A DNA stretch of 64,000 bases, taken from assembly GCF_009914755.1 (NCBI RefSeq), contig NC_060947.1. The stretch is one strand, 5' to 3'. The notes under the pieces were generated by a model. That model was not told where the DNA came from and made no database searches. It saw nothing but the letters and a program-made list of their open reading frames with translations. Origin of the DNA: the human T2T-CHM13v2.0 reference genome, Homo sapiens. Shown here in pieces: positions 32,223 through 47,441 of the stretch. The stretch's first letter is position 1, and every line of letters begins with the position of its first letter. Both the position numbers and the translations under genes were made by a program.

Positions 32223-35200
32223 TGGTTTCCTTTCTTTTGGGTATATATCCAGCAGTGGGATTGCTGGATCGTATGGTAGCCCAATTTTTAGTTTTTTGAG
32301 GAACCTCCAACTGTTCTCCATAGTAGTTGTACTAATTAAAATTCCCACCAACAGTGTACGAGGGTTCCCTTATCTCCACATCCTTGTCAGCATTTGTTAT
32401 TGCTTGTCTTTTGGATAAAAGCCATTCCAACTGGGGTGATGATGAGATCTCATTGTAGTTTTGATTTGCATTTCTCTGGTGATCATTGATGTTAGACACC
32501 TTTAATATGCCTGTTTGCCATTTGTAGGCCTTCTTTTGAGAAATGTCAATCCAAACCTTTTGCCCAGATTTTAATTGGACTATTGGATTTTTTATAGAGT
32601 TGTTTGAGCTCCTTCTATATTCTGGTTATTAATCCTTTATCAGATACATAGTTTGCAAATATTTTCTCCCATTCTGTGGGTTGTCTCTTCACTTTGCTGA
32701 TTGTATCTTTGGCTGTACAGAAGCTTTTTCACTTGATGTGATCCCATTTGTCCATTTTTGCTTTGATTGCCTGGGCTTGTGGGGTATTACTCAAGAAATT
32801 TTTGCCCAGACCAATGTTCTGGAGAGTTTCCCCAATGTTTTCTTCTAGTAGTCTCATGGTGTGAGGTCTTAGATTTAAGTCTTTAATACATTTTGATTTG
32901 ATTTTTGTATATGGTGGGAGATAGGAGTCTAATTTCATTCTTCTGCATATAGATGTCGAGTTTTCCCAGCACCATTTATTGAAGGGACTATCTTTTCCCC
33001 GATGTATATTCTTGGCAAGTTTGTTGAAAATGAGCTCACTGTAGGTGTGTGTATATGGTTTTGGGTTCTCTATTCTGTTCCATTGGTCTATGTGTCTGTT
33101 TTTATGCCAGTACCATGCTGTTTTGGTTACTTATAGCTCTTCAGTATAATTTGAAGTCAGGTAATGTGATTCCCCCAGTTCTATTCTTTTTGCTCAGGAT
33201 AACTTTGGCAATTCTGGGTCTTTTGTGGTTCCATATAAATTTTAGGATTACTTTCTTTTATTTCTGTGAAGAATGTCATTGACATTTTGATAGGAATTGC
33301 ATTGAATCTGTAGATTGCTTTGGGTAGTATGAACATTTTAACAATATTGATTCTTCCAATCTATGAACACAGAATATCTTTCCACTTGTTTGGTGTCCTC
33401 TTCAATTTCTTTCATCAATGCTTCATTATAGAGATCATTCACTTCTTTGGTTAATGACTAGATATTTAATTTTATTTGTGGCTATTGTACATGGATTAGT
33501 TTTTAAATTTCTTTTTCAGATTGTTTACTATTGTCATACAGAAATGGTACTGATTTTTTATGTTGATTTTGTATCCTGCAACTTTACTGAGTTTATCAGT
33601 TCTAATAGTTTTACAGTGGAGTCTTTAGGTTTTTTCAAATATAAGATGATATGATCTGCAAACAAGGATAATTTGACTTCTTCTTTTCCAGCTTGGATGC
33701 CCTTTCTTTCTCTTGTCTCATTGCTCTAGTTAGAACTCCCAGTGCTATGTTGAATAACAGTGGTGAAAGTGAGCATTCTTGTTGTGTTCCAGATCTTAGA
33801 GGAATGGCTTTCTGTCTTTCCCTATTCAGTATGATACCTACATGCGTGTTTGTCATATATGGCTTTTATTATATTGAGATATGTTCCTTCTATTACCAGT
33901 TTTCTGAGGATTTTTTGTCATGAAGGAATGTTAAATCTTAACAAATGCTTTTCAGTATCAATTGAAATGATCATATGGTTTTTCTTCTTCATTCTGTTGA
34001 TATGATGTATTATATTGATTGATATGCATATGTTCAACCATCCTTGAATCCCAGGGATAAATTCCACTTGATCATGATAAATGAACTTCTTAATGTATTA
34101 TTGAATTCAATGTGCTAGTATTTTGTTGAGGATTTTTGCATCAATATTTGTAAGAGATATTGGCCTGTAGTGATCCTTTTTTTGATGTATCCTTGGTTTT
34201 GGTATCAGGGTAATACTGGCCTCGAAGGATGGGTTTGAAAGTATCCCCTCCTCCTCTATTTCTTGGAATGGTTTGAGTAGGATTGGTATTAGTCCTTCTT
34301 TAAATGTTTGGTAGAATTCAGCAGTGAAGCCGACAGGTCCTGGGCTTTTCTTTACTGGGAGATGTTTTATTTCTGCTTTGATCTTGCTACTTGTTATTTG
34401 TTTGTTCAGGTTTGGGACTTCTTCTTGGTTCAATCTTAGTAGATTGTATGTGTGTAGGGATTTGTCCATCTTTTTTTTAGATTTTCCAATTTATTGGCAT
34501 GTGGTTACCCATAGCAGCCACTAATAATCCCTTGAATTTCTGCAGTATCTGTTTCAATGTCTCCTTTTTCATCTCTGATTTTATTTATTTTGGTCTTCTC
34601 TATTTTTTTCTTAGTCTGGCTAAAATTTGTCGATTTTGTTTATCTTTTCAAAAAACCAACCTTCTGTTTAATTGAGTTTCGTATTCTTTTCTTCCTTTCA
34701 AATTCATTTATTTCTGCTCTGATCTTTATTATTTCTTTTCTTCTACTAATTTTGGTTTGGCTTGCTCTTGCTTTTCTAGTTCTTTAAGACGCGTTATTAG
34801 GTTATTTATTAGAAGTTTTTCTTTTTTGATGTAGGTGCTTACAGCTATACATTTCCCTCTTAGTATGGCTTTTGCTGTATCCCATAGGGTTTAGTATGTT
34901 ATCTTTCTGTTGTCATTCATTTCAAGAAATTTTTCAATTTTCTTCTTAATTTCTTTATTGACCCACTGGTCACTCAGGAGCATATTGTTTAATTTCCATG
35001 TATTTGTATAGTTTCCAAAATTCCTCTTGTTATTGATGTCTAGTTTTATTCCATTGTGGTCAGAGAAGATGCTTGATGTTACTTCAATTTTTTTGAATAT
35101 GTTAAGACTTGTTTTGTGACCTAACGTATGGCCTATCCTTGAAAATGTTTCATGTGTTGAAGAAAAAATTTGTATTCTGCAGCCATGGATGAAATGCTCT

Positions 35201-35597
35201 GTAAATATCTGTTAGGTCCATTTGTTGCATCGTGCAGATTTTCTGGTGTTTCTTTGTTGATTATTTGTCTGGAAGATCTGTCCAATGCTGAAAGTAGGGT
35301 GTTGAAGTCTCCAGCTATTATTGTATTGAGGCCTGTCTCCTTAGCTCTAACGATATTTGTTTTATATATCTGGGTGCTTCAGTGATGGGTGCATATATAT
35401 TTAAAATTGTTATATCCTCTTATAGAATTGACACTTTTGTCATTATATAATGACCTTCTTTGTCCTTTCTTGTAGTTTTTGTCTTGAAATCTATTTTGTC
35501 TGGTATAAATATAGCTACTCCTGCTTTCTTTTTGGTTTTCTTTGGCATGAAATATAATTTTTATCCCTTTGTTTTCAGCTTTTATGTGTCTTTATAG

Positions 35598-36026
<429 letters not shown>

Positions 36027-37130
36027 TAAGGACTTTCTGCCATTTTGTTATTTGTTTTCTGGTTGTTTTGTAGTCTTCTCTTCTTTATTTCCTTTTAGTG
36101 AAGGTGATTTTTCTCTGGTGATATGATTTAGTTTCTTGCGTTTTATCTTTTTGTGTATACATTGTATATTTTTTGATTTTGAGGTTTCCATGAGACTTGT
36201 AAATACTATCTTATAACACATTATTTTAAGCTGGTGACAACACTGTTTTTATAAATAAGCAAATAAACAAACAGGAAGAAAAGTAATGAAGACTTTATGA
36301 ATTACTTCTTCCCCTGATTTTTAACTTTTTGTTATTTCTATTTATATCTTTTTGTACTGTCTGTTTCATGAGAAGTTGTTGTAGTTATTATTTTTGATTA
36401 GTTCATTGTTTAGTCTTTGTTCTTAAGAGTAGTTTACACACCACAGTTACAGTGTTACAATATTCTGTGTTTTTCTGTGTACTTACTATTACCAGTGAGT
36501 TTTGTACCTTCAGATGATTTTCTATTGCTCATTAACATCATTTTCTAATTGATGTACTACCTTTAGCATTTCTTCTGCAACAGGTCTGATGATCTTTCAT
36601 CTTTTTGATAATAGCCATTCTAACAGGTAGGAAGTGGTATCTCATTGTGGTTTTAATTTGCATTTTCCTGATGATTAGTGATACTGAACATTTTTTCACA
36701 TACCTGTTGACCATTTGTACGTCTTCTTTTGAGAAATTTCTATTCAAGTCCTTTTGACATATTTTAATAGGGTTATTTGTGTTCTTACTTTTGAGTTGAG
36801 TTTCTTATATATTTTGGATATTAACCCTTTATCAGATACGTGGTTTACAAATACATTCTCCCAATTTGTAGGTTGTTTCTTCATGCTGTTGATTGTTTCC
36901 TTTGCTTCACAGTTTTTTTATTTGATGTTATCCTGTCTATTTTTGCTTTTTTTGGCTGTGCTTTTGGGATCATATCCAAAAAATCATTGCCCAGACCAAG
37001 GTCATGGAGGTTTTCTCCTGTTTTCTTACAGGAATTTTATAGTTTCAGGTCTTAGGTTTAAGTCTTTAATCTGAGTTGAGTTTTGTATATGGTGTGAGAT
37101 AAGGGTCTAATTTCATTCTTCTGGATGTAG

Positions 37131-37508
<378 letters not shown>

Positions 37509-38127
37509 GCTATTGTCTTTTTTATTCTAGCTACCCTAGTAGGTGTGAAGAATATCACATAGTGGTTTTGATTTATATTTTCCTAATGACTAATGATGTT
37601 AAGCCTCTTTCTATATGTTTATTGGCCATTCATATATTTTCTTTGAAGGAACACCTATTCAAATCCTTTGCCCATTTTTATGGTAGATTATTTGTATTTT
37701 TGTTGTTGAGTTGTAAGAGTTCTTTATATATGCTGGATAGTAGATCTTATCCAATATGATTGGCTAGTATCCTCCATTCTGTGTGTTGTCACTATCTTGA
37801 TAGTGTCTTTTGATGCATAAAAGTTTTAAATTTTGATAATACTGAATTCATTTATGTTTTCCTTTGGTTCCTTGTGCTTTTGGTGTCATATCTAAGAAAC
37901 TATTGCCTGATCCAAGGACACTCAGATTTACATCTATGTATTCTTCTGAGAGTTTTATAGTTTTTGCTCTTACATTTAAATCTTTGATTATTTTGATTTA
38001 ATTTTTGCATAGGTGTGAGCTAAAGATTCAACTTAATTCTTTTGCATGTGGATATCCATTTGTGCCTGCAATAGTTGTTGAAAAGACCACTTTTTCTCCA
38101 TTGAATATTATTGGCACCTTTGTCTAA

Positions 38128-38498
<371 letters not shown>

Positions 38499-38535
38499 TA
38501 TGTATCTATTTTGATTCCAGTCCTATATTATCTTT

Positions 38536-38836
38536 TTCTCCAAAATTTGTTTATTTTAAATCAAGAAATAAGATTATATGTATTTATCATGTATAACATA
38601 TTTTGAAGTATATATACATAGTAGAATTATTAAATCTAGCTACTTATAATATGTATTACCTCACATAGTTATCATTTTTGTGGTGAGAACATTTAGCATC
38701 CACTCTCTTAGCATTTTTCAATACAATATATCATCATTAACTTGTAGCAGAAGTAGAGAGTAGAATGGTGGTTACAAGAGGCTGAGGCAGTTGTGGGGGA
38801 AGGTTGGGGAAATGTTGGTCAAGGGATACAAAATTA
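38536..38836 (-). mobile_element. Short L1MA (MA4-6-like) 3'UTR insertion with a 5' inversion
   Basis: Minus-strand 3' end to ~38742, plus-strand piece ~38743-38840; 18-bp TSD with 2 mismatches at 38518-38535 and 38837-38854. Confidence 0.78.
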
Positions 38837-39122
38837 CAGTCCAATACTATCTTTATTACTATAGCTTTGTAGTAAGTTTCAAAATCAGGAAGTCCAATTT
38901 CTGTAACTTTTTATTCTTTTTCAAGAACACTTTAGCTATTCTGACTCTTCCATTTTCACATGAATTTTCAAATCAGCTTGTCAATTTCTGTAATAAAGGC
39001 AGCCAGGATTTTTATAAGGATTGCATCTAATCTTTAGCTCAATAGGGAATATTGCCCTTTTAACATTATTAAATTTTCCAGTTCATAAACATGAGCTATC
39101 TTTTCATTTATTAGGTACTTAA

Positions 39123-39439
<317 letters not shown>

Positions 39440-39627
39440 TTATATTCCTAATTTGTTTAATGGTTTTTCATGAAAGGGAGCTGAATTTTTGTCTAATCTT
39501 TTTCTTCATTTTTTTAGGTGATCATGTAGTTTCCGCTCTTTATTTTATCAGTATGGTGTATTTCATGTACTGATTTTTATACATTGAACCAACCTTACAT
39601 TCCTGGGATAAATCCCACTTACTCATT

Positions 39628-39927
39628 CTTTTCGTTGTTTTGTTTTTGAGTTGGGGGTCTCACTGTATTGCCCAGTCTGGAGTGCAGTGGTGCAATCATG
39701 ACTCACTATAACTTTGCCCTTCTGGGCTCAAGCTATCTGCTTACCTCAGCCTCTCACGTAGCTGGGACCACAGGCTTACACTTCCACACTGGGCTAACCT
39801 TTTGATGTTTTTAGAGATGAGGTCTCACTACGTTGTCCAGGCTGGTCTCAAACTCCTGGACTCAAGCAATTCTCTCATCTTAGCCTCCCGAAGTACTGGG
39901 ACTACAGGCATGAGCCACTGCACCCAT
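39628..39927 (-). mobile_element. AluJ-type element
   Basis: Reverse diverged Alu. Confidence 0.85.
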
Positions 39928-40382
39928 CCATTCATTGTTAATCATCCTTTTTATATGTTGGTGGTTCAGTTTGTTAGTATTTGGTTGGGGATTTTTGCAT
40001 CTATATCCATAAAGAATATTGTTCTGTAACTTCTTGTCCTATGATGTCTTTTTCTGGTTTTGGTATCAGGGTAATACTGGCCTCATAGAATGAGTTGGGA
40101 AGCATTAATTCTTCTTTGATTTATTGGAAACATTTTTAAAGGATTGCTGTTAATTTTTCATTAAACATTTGGTAGAATTAACCATTGAAACCATTTTGGT
40201 CCTGAGCTTTTCTTTGTAGGAATTTTTCTATTATTAATTCAATAACTTTGCTTGTTATAGATCCATTCAAGTTTTCTCTTTTTTTCAGTTCTTTTTGGTA
40301 GTTTGTGTCTTTTTAGATATTTGTCTAGTTCATCTAAGTTGCCTAATATTTTGGGCATAGAGTTGTTCATAGTATTCCATTA

Positions 40383-40928
40383 TGGTATGGTTAATATTGA
40401 GTGTCCACTTGATTGGACTGAAGGGTGCAAAGTATTGTTCCTGGGTGTGCCTGTGAGGGTGTTGCCAAAGGAGATTAACATTAGAGTCAGTGGACTGGGA
40501 GAGGCAGACCTACCCTCAATCTGGTGGGCACCATCTAATCAGCTGCCAGTATGGCTAGAATACAGCAGTCGGAATAACGTGGAAGGACTTGACTTGCTGA
40601 GCCTTCCAGCCTTCATCTCTCTCCCATGCTGGATGCTTCCTGCCCTCGAACATTGGACTCCAAGTTCTTTGGCTTTTGGACTCTCGTACTTACACCAGTG
40701 GTTTGCCAGGGGCTCTTGGTCCTTCAGCCACAGACTGAAGGCTGCACTGTCGGCTTCCCTACTTTTGGGGTTTTGGGATCGGACGGGCTTCCTTGCTCCT
40801 CAGCTTGCAGATAGCCTATTGTGTGATTTCACCTTGTGATCATGTGAGTCAATTCTCCTAATAAACTCTCCTTCATATATACATCTATCCTATTAGTTCC
40901 GTCCCTCTAGAGAACCCTGACTAATACA
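40383..40928 (+). mobile_element. MLT2A (HERV-L) solo LTR
   Basis: atggttaatattgagtgtccacttgattggactgaagggtgcaaagtattg...aataaac...agaaccctgactaataca. Confidence 0.88.
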
Positions 40929-43900
40929 CCTTATAATCCCTTTTGTTTCTGTAAAGTTGGTAGTAACATCCTCTCTTTTATTTCTGATTTTATTAGTGTT
41001 CTCTCTCTGCTTCCCCCTCTCCCTAATCTGTCCAGTTAAAGGTTTGCCATTATTTTCGGCCTTCAGAGAATCAACTTTTTGTTTCGCCCCAGGGCACCCT
41101 GGAAGGAGGAGCTCTGTGCTGAGCTCAGAGCCCTGGGCTGGCAGTGAGGGACTCTGGAGCACAGGCCGAACCAGGCCCAGGCCAGGGGAGATTCAGGGGT
41201 CACCTAACCTCTCTGCCCTCGCCCTCCCTAAGCTCAGACACAGAGGTCTGGGGCAGCTCATGACTGCCTCCAGGCACTTGGACTGGGCAGGTGGAGCTGG
41301 ATAACCCAGGCCTGGCTCTTTCCCAGATACGCGGGGACCTGTCATCTCTCCTCAATCAACACCAGTCAGTGTGCCAGCCTGATGGAAGGCTGGGCCCCAG
41401 CATCCACTCAGTAGACCCCCCGGGCCATGACAGTGCCACGGGTCCCATTTCACACCCAGGATGGGTCTCTGGACTGACCTTACTGGCCCATCTCAAAGGG
41501 GCCAGAGGTTTTCTGCTGCAGGCAGATGGAGCAACCCCCCCCAACCCCTCGGGGAGGTCTGCCTGCCCAGCCCTAACAAATAGGTGGGGTCACCGTGGAC
41601 AGAGCACTTGGTGACCGTAGTGGCACAGACGCCCAGAGCAGGATGTCCACCCCGGTGCCCCACCCCATTCCTGCCCTCCAGATTCCAAAGGTCACAACAT
41701 GCAGAGAGGAGATGAGCAAAGGCAAGCCTGCCTCTGACACAGCCCCACACCCCACACACAGCAGGCGAGGACAGGAGTGCTCCCCTCTGCCCAGCTTAGT
41801 CTCAGTCCTCAGCCCTGGAGCTTACTCCTCCCTGGCTAGGCCCACTTTCCTCATCTGGAAAAACAGGCTGGGCCCTGGTTCTAGGGTCCCTTCCTTCCAG
41901 AACGCTCTGCTTCTGTGAGCTCCTCTGTGTGTTCCCATGGGGGTGGGGCATCTGCAAGTCCAGCATGCACAGGGCTTCTGCAGAGCACGGGGGTGGGGGT
42001 GGCATGATGGTCCTCTGAGGATGGGGGGTACCTGGGGCCAGGGGAGGAAAGTGAGAAAAAGGAAGGGTGGGGAGCCTGGGGGAAAGGCAGGGAAGGGGAG
42101 GGCTGAGGCTAAGCTGCCCCACTCCTGGAGCCCTGGTCTCTGCCCCCAGCGTTGCTCCCAGCTCACCTTGGGGCTATGGGTATCCAGAGTCCTTGAACAG
42201 CCCTCAGGATCCTACCTCCTTGTCTGGGATCCTTACAAGTGTCCCTCCAGGGCTGCAGCTCCCAAGAAAAAACCTGGGAGGGGGAGGAGAAGCGGGAGGA
42301 AGCAGAAAGAGAGGCTCTTCCTTCCCATCTGCCAGCTCCACCGTCAGCTGCCACGGCCTGACCCCACACTGCCACCAGACCTGGCGCCCTGGAAGCTGGA
42401 GGGCTGCTTGTGGAGTGGTGTGTGGCTTTTATACGCCCTGCCCCCAGCCTGGCCCAGCCCAGCCCTGTGAAGAGGGGTCTCTAGGGCTTGACAATGTCAA
42501 TTCAGGCTGGCTGAGCCTGTCCCTGGCCAACCACCCCCCTGTCTCCTGACCTTGAAGGGCAGCCCTCAGAGGCCCCAAGATGACACCCGAGAGGGCATGG
42601 GATGTGTTCGGTTGGTTGAGGGCCACTCAGCAAAGGGCTCTGGGCTCAACTTGGCCTTGGAGCCCGTCTACCCTCTCAACAGACCTTTCCTCAAGCACAG
42701 CTCCCCGCTTTCCCCTCCATACACACACACTTACTAAGCAGGAGTTCTGATTTGCCCTCAGCCAGGGCTGGAACTTCCCCACACACATGCATCAGCTGGT
42801 CCCGTAACATCAGTAGGCATGGGCATATACCAGAACATGCGGCACATCTCATGAAAGTGTGACTCCTTTATGTTATTCACCACATACTTTTCACGTACAC
42901 TATAGGCAGGTCTCCACATGGCACCTTGTGTGTATTTTCATCTTTATTTTGTACTTGAGGAAACTGAAGCTTAGAGACATGAATGTGAATGGCAAAGCTG
43001 GGCTATGACTCCCAAGGCCACGCAAACTTGATTCCAGGCTCAGAGCCAGAGGGAGATGGGGAGCGTATGGTTTGCTGGAACTGTCTGTGAACCCCTCTGC
43101 TCCCTCCGTATGAGATTTCCTCATCCTGTGGTGTAGATTGGCAGAGGGCTCCAGGTTGGGGCTGCAGGACTGTACCCCTCCTCTGTTCTTCTCCTTTTCC
43201 TTGATTAGCCCTGGGTCTGGCTCTTACACTCTGGGGATGAAAGCAGGATAGAAAAGGTGGAATGGGAAACAAATCATGGAAGAAAGCTGCAAACAGTCCA
43301 AAAGGCAGCATTCCTCCATGGGTAAGCAAAATGGAATGATCTGATTGTTACACAAGGTGGCCTGTAGTGTAAAATAATTTACTGCAATGTCAAATGCCTT
43401 TTTGAAAAGTTCCAGATGAGGAATAAAAACAAAACAGGCTCAAATGGATTCAAAATTCCAAAAAGTTAGAAAGTGGAAGGCTCCATGAAGTGATTCTCTT
43501 TCTTTTTCTCCTTCTACCAAGAGCTTTCCATCAATCTTCCCTGCAAATCAACGCTGTGCAATGAGAAAGGATACTTTTAAAGGTGCTTCTTATAGTATAG
43601 AGGGGTTCTCCTGTTTTATTTTGAAGAAGAAATGTCTGGGAGACCAGAATGGAATGATAGAATGAGCTGTGTCTTGAATCCATAAGGAAGCCTTAATTTG
43701 AGCTCTAGCTCTGACACTAACCTGCTCTGTTAGCCAGGCCAGTTCCCTCTGGGTCATCATTCTCTTATCTGTGAAATGGGAGTGACAGGGGGAGATGTTA
43801 GGCTAAGTGATCCTAAAAGTCTGTTCTGGTTCTGTAGGTGATGCTCAGCCTGTCTCTTTTATCAAGAGTATAGTTTACTTGTTACAAAATGGAAGCATTG

Positions 43901-44829
43901 GGTTACATTACTTTGAAGGCCCCTGCCAGTTCTTTCATTTGCGGCCTGAGATGAGGAGACATTCCTGGCTCACCTGTCTCCTTTACCAGCTCCCTACATG
44001 AGGCACCATGCTGAATAATTGGTCCTTGAAGCTGAGGGAGAACTCCAGAAGAATGGGGTGTGGGTGTGTCCAGGCCAGAAAGGGAGGAAGAATTATGGCA
44101 TAGTGTGGGAACTGCAGAATGGAGAGGAAGACAGATGGGTTCAAAAATCTAGCTCCACCACTTCCCAGCTGTTGTGATTTTAAGCAAGTCACATAACCTT
44201 TCTTAGCCTTGCTTTACTTGTGGTCAAAACATGCCTTGGGGGATGTTGGAGAGTTCAAGTGAGAGTGAAAGGGCTTAAGAAAGTGTTCATTGCTCTACAA
44301 ATATCCCGTATGGTCAAGTATGATATTCAGCAGCCACACTCTGGTAGGGGCCCATTCTGATTGGTCAGAGCTTGTGCCACAGCTGTGAAATATTTCAAGT
44401 ACCACTTTCCGGTGGTACTATTATTATTATTACCATTATTATTATTATTACCCAGGGTTTCTAGAAGGCCACCCTCTTAGAAAAACTTGGAAGACCCTCC
44501 TTCCCAAGACCTTGGGAGTCAAGCTTGAGCTATTCCTCCCTCCTTTCCAGAAGGGCTTGCTCAGAAACAGGTAAAGAGCAATTGCCGAGCATGTGTGCTC
44601 CTTCAAGCTCTGTGGTTGTCAGGCAGTCCCTAACAGAGCTAGGTTGGAGGATGGCAAACCACAGTCTTAAGTGAGATATGAACACTCTGAACAAAAAAGT
44701 TGAAAAGACATCTAAAATTGTGATGAAGACAAGCTCTGGGATGGTTTTCCATGAGGTTTTGACGAATGGGAGAAGCCCCACTTGTTTGTACTTGAGCAAA
44801 TGCCATGCTCCTTCCATAGAGAGCTAAAC

Positions 44830-44965
44830 AGCCATGCTCTTTAAACTTTCATGTGCATGGGAAGAACCCGGGGAATCCTGTAAAAATGCAAGTTCTGATT
44901 CAAAGGTCTGGGTTGGGGCCTGAGATTCCACACTTGTAACAAGCCCCTAGCATATTGAGGAACAA
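44830..44965. mobile_element. MER5A-like hAT relic
   Basis: aaaatgcaagttctgattcaaaggtctgggttggggcctgagattc...aacaagcccc. Confidence 0.65.
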
Positions 44966-45191
44966 GTGGCTAGGTTACCTCATTGGGACCATGTACCCTG
45001 AGATGATTACTTCTTTCTGGAACAAATAATTGAGTGCTAACCTTTGTTTCTCTTCTTCAACTCAAAGGCAGAGCTTAGTAGTGAGGAGAAAGGGGAAGGA
45101 CAAAGGAGTGGTGACAGAGCTGCAATATGAATGGAGTGAAGTCCTATCTATAAGGGCCTCTCCTATCCATGGCATCTTCCCCTTTCCTGAT

Positions 45192-45446
45192 TTTCTTTTC
45201 TTTTCTTTTTTTTTTTTTTGAGATGGAGCCTCATTCTTGTCGCCCATGCTGAAGTGCAGTGGCACGATCTTGGCTCACTGCAACCTCCGCCTCCCAGGTT
45301 CAAGCTATTCCCCTGCCTCAGCCTCCTGAGTAGCTGGGATTACAGGCACCCGCCACCACGCCCAGCTAATTTTTGTACTTTTAGTAGAGATGGGGTTTTG
45401 CCATGTTGGCCAGGCTGGTCTCGAACTCCTGACCTCAGGTAATCTG
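45192..45446 (-). mobile_element. 5'-truncated AluSq/Sx-like element
   Basis: TSD ccctttcctgat at 45180-45191 and 45447-45458. Confidence 0.9.
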
Positions 45447-45595
45447 CCCTTTCCTGATCTTTGAGGGTTCCAGCCAGCATGAAGTGAAGCAAGGCACTCA
45501 GAGAAATGGGCTGTTTACCATCTCCCTACCAGCTGACTTGGCCAGTTCATTCATTTCCTTATTCATTCACTAATCCATTTAACCATCCACCCCCC

Positions 45596-46032
45596 TGTAT
45601 GGCAGATGCACCTGAGAGTAATAACTTAAGCATACCCTGAGAATGACCTGAGAATGGTCTAAGAAGAATGTGTGCTCAGAGTTCCAAGCTAAGGAATCCA
45701 GGAGTGGCCAACCCGGAGATTCATTCCTTATCTATGAGGAACATCTGAACCCCTGGCCCAATTCTTGGAACACAGGACATGCAAGGAACCAAGGCCCTTT
45801 GTTTTGGGTTAGATGGAGGTTGCTAGGAGGAGAGTGCTAAGTAAAAATGTTGTATAAACTGCATGCTTTTTACAAATGGTATTGGTTTTCCTGTCGAGCC
45901 CACCCCTCCTGGACCACCCCGTATGTAAATCTCCAATAAACCCTATGTCTTGTTTACTGGATCCAGCTCTCTTCTGTGGCCTCTCAGACACAGTGCCATC
46001 CCTATTGGAATCAATAGGGGTCTGACATGACA
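45596..46032 (+). mobile_element. Solo ERV LTR (LTR47-like, family uncertain) inserted in an L2 relic
   Basis: TGT...ACA termini; TATA-like gtataaa at ~45852; AATAAA at ~45935; flanked by ttcattcat L2-type sequence. Confidence 0.7.
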
Positions 46033-47225
46033 CCCAGTCAGTAAAAAGTTACTAAGTATACTCTATTTCAAGCCTTGTGATGAGCACATTCATTCAGAAA
46101 TGAATCAGATACAGCCTCATCCCTCAAGAAGCTCACAGACTAACAAATAAGTTGCAATTCAGTATGATACATTTTATAATAGAATATTAACAAGATGAAA
46201 CAGATTCATGAAGGAGGGGGATGTTTACCATTTCTGGGTATAGGATGATGGTTAGAAAGGCTTCATAGGGTAGGAGGTGATACTTAAGATGGGACTTGAT
46301 GTAATAGTATTTGTCATGCAGATACAGTGGAAATACATTCCAGGCAGAGAGAGGCACCAGCACGCACAAAGGCATTTACTAGTGTGTTAGGCAACCATAA
46401 ATGGGTGGAATATGGTATGTGTTAGTTTGGATGCTTTCAACCGCAAGTGAGTGGATATCCAACTAAAAGTATTATGAACACATGAACACATTGGCTTATC
46501 TCACATGATAAGTAGTCCAAAGGTAGGTGGTTCCCAGGCAGGTTCAGTGGCTCAATGATGATGTCATCAAGGATTCAGAGGCTTTCTTATCCTTCCATTC
46601 AATCATCATTGATTTGTCAATGACATCTCTCTCTCTTTTTTAAATTAAAAAAAAATTTTTAGAGATAGGGCCTTGCTCCATCACCCAGACTGGAATGCAG
46701 TGGCATGATCTTTGATCTCTCTTTTTGATTGCAAGATGGTTATTGTGTTGCATGCAGGCTCAACCACATACAGTGAAGAATGAGAGGACCCCTTCATTCC
46801 ATGTGTGTTCTTATAGCAGGCAGGAAAACCTTTCCCGGAAGCTCCCCATCAGACATTCCTTTCCCATGCCCTAAATGCAAGAAAGGCTAGAAAGGTGAGT
46901 TTATGGCATTTTTAGTCTTTATAGTGGGGAGCTGTACCACAAGGAAGCGATGGCAGGACAAAAGTCTGAAGAAGTCAGGTCCTGAAGACCCTGTTTGCCT
47001 GGCTAAGAATTTTGCATTCTCTTATGCAGGCTATTGGAGAGAAATTGGATCACAGGAGTAATACAATCAAATCTGCATTTTGGAAAGATCATATTGCTAG
47101 GTATATACATATGCGTGAAAATATATAGAAAAGGCCTGGAATGATCAATGTCAAATGATGATTATCTCTGAGGAGGGCAGTGGGCTTGGCAGAGGTGAAG
47201 GGGGACGTGCACTTTTTACTCTTTA

Positions 47226-47441
47226 GCAATTATTCCCAATGGGGGGAGATTTTGCCACCCATGGGATATTTTCTCATGTCTGTAGATGTTTCTTAGTTAT
47301 CACAGCTGGGAGAGTGCTGCTGGCATCTAGTGGGCAGAGGCCAGGGATGTTGCTAAACATCCTACAAGACACTGGACAGCCCTCACAACAAAGAATTATC
47401 CAGTCCCAAATGTCAATAGTGCTGAGGACGAAAAACCCCAG
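47226..47441. mobile_element. MER20 (hAT)
   Basis: ctggcatctagtgggcagaggccagggatgttgctaaacatcctacaa...caaatgtcaatagtgctgagg. Confidence 0.88.

Noticed and set aside
40303-40839. 178-aa ORF
   Set aside because: Runs through antisense L1 and the MLT2A LTR; no family resemblance.
41586-41606. REST/RE1-like caccgtggacagagc
   Set aside because: The left half-site (ttcagc) does not match; cannot be supported without ChIP data.
41291-42549. Cluster of 100-177 aa overlapping ORFs
   Set aside because: Expected from stop-poor GC-rich DNA; no recognisable domain on either strand.
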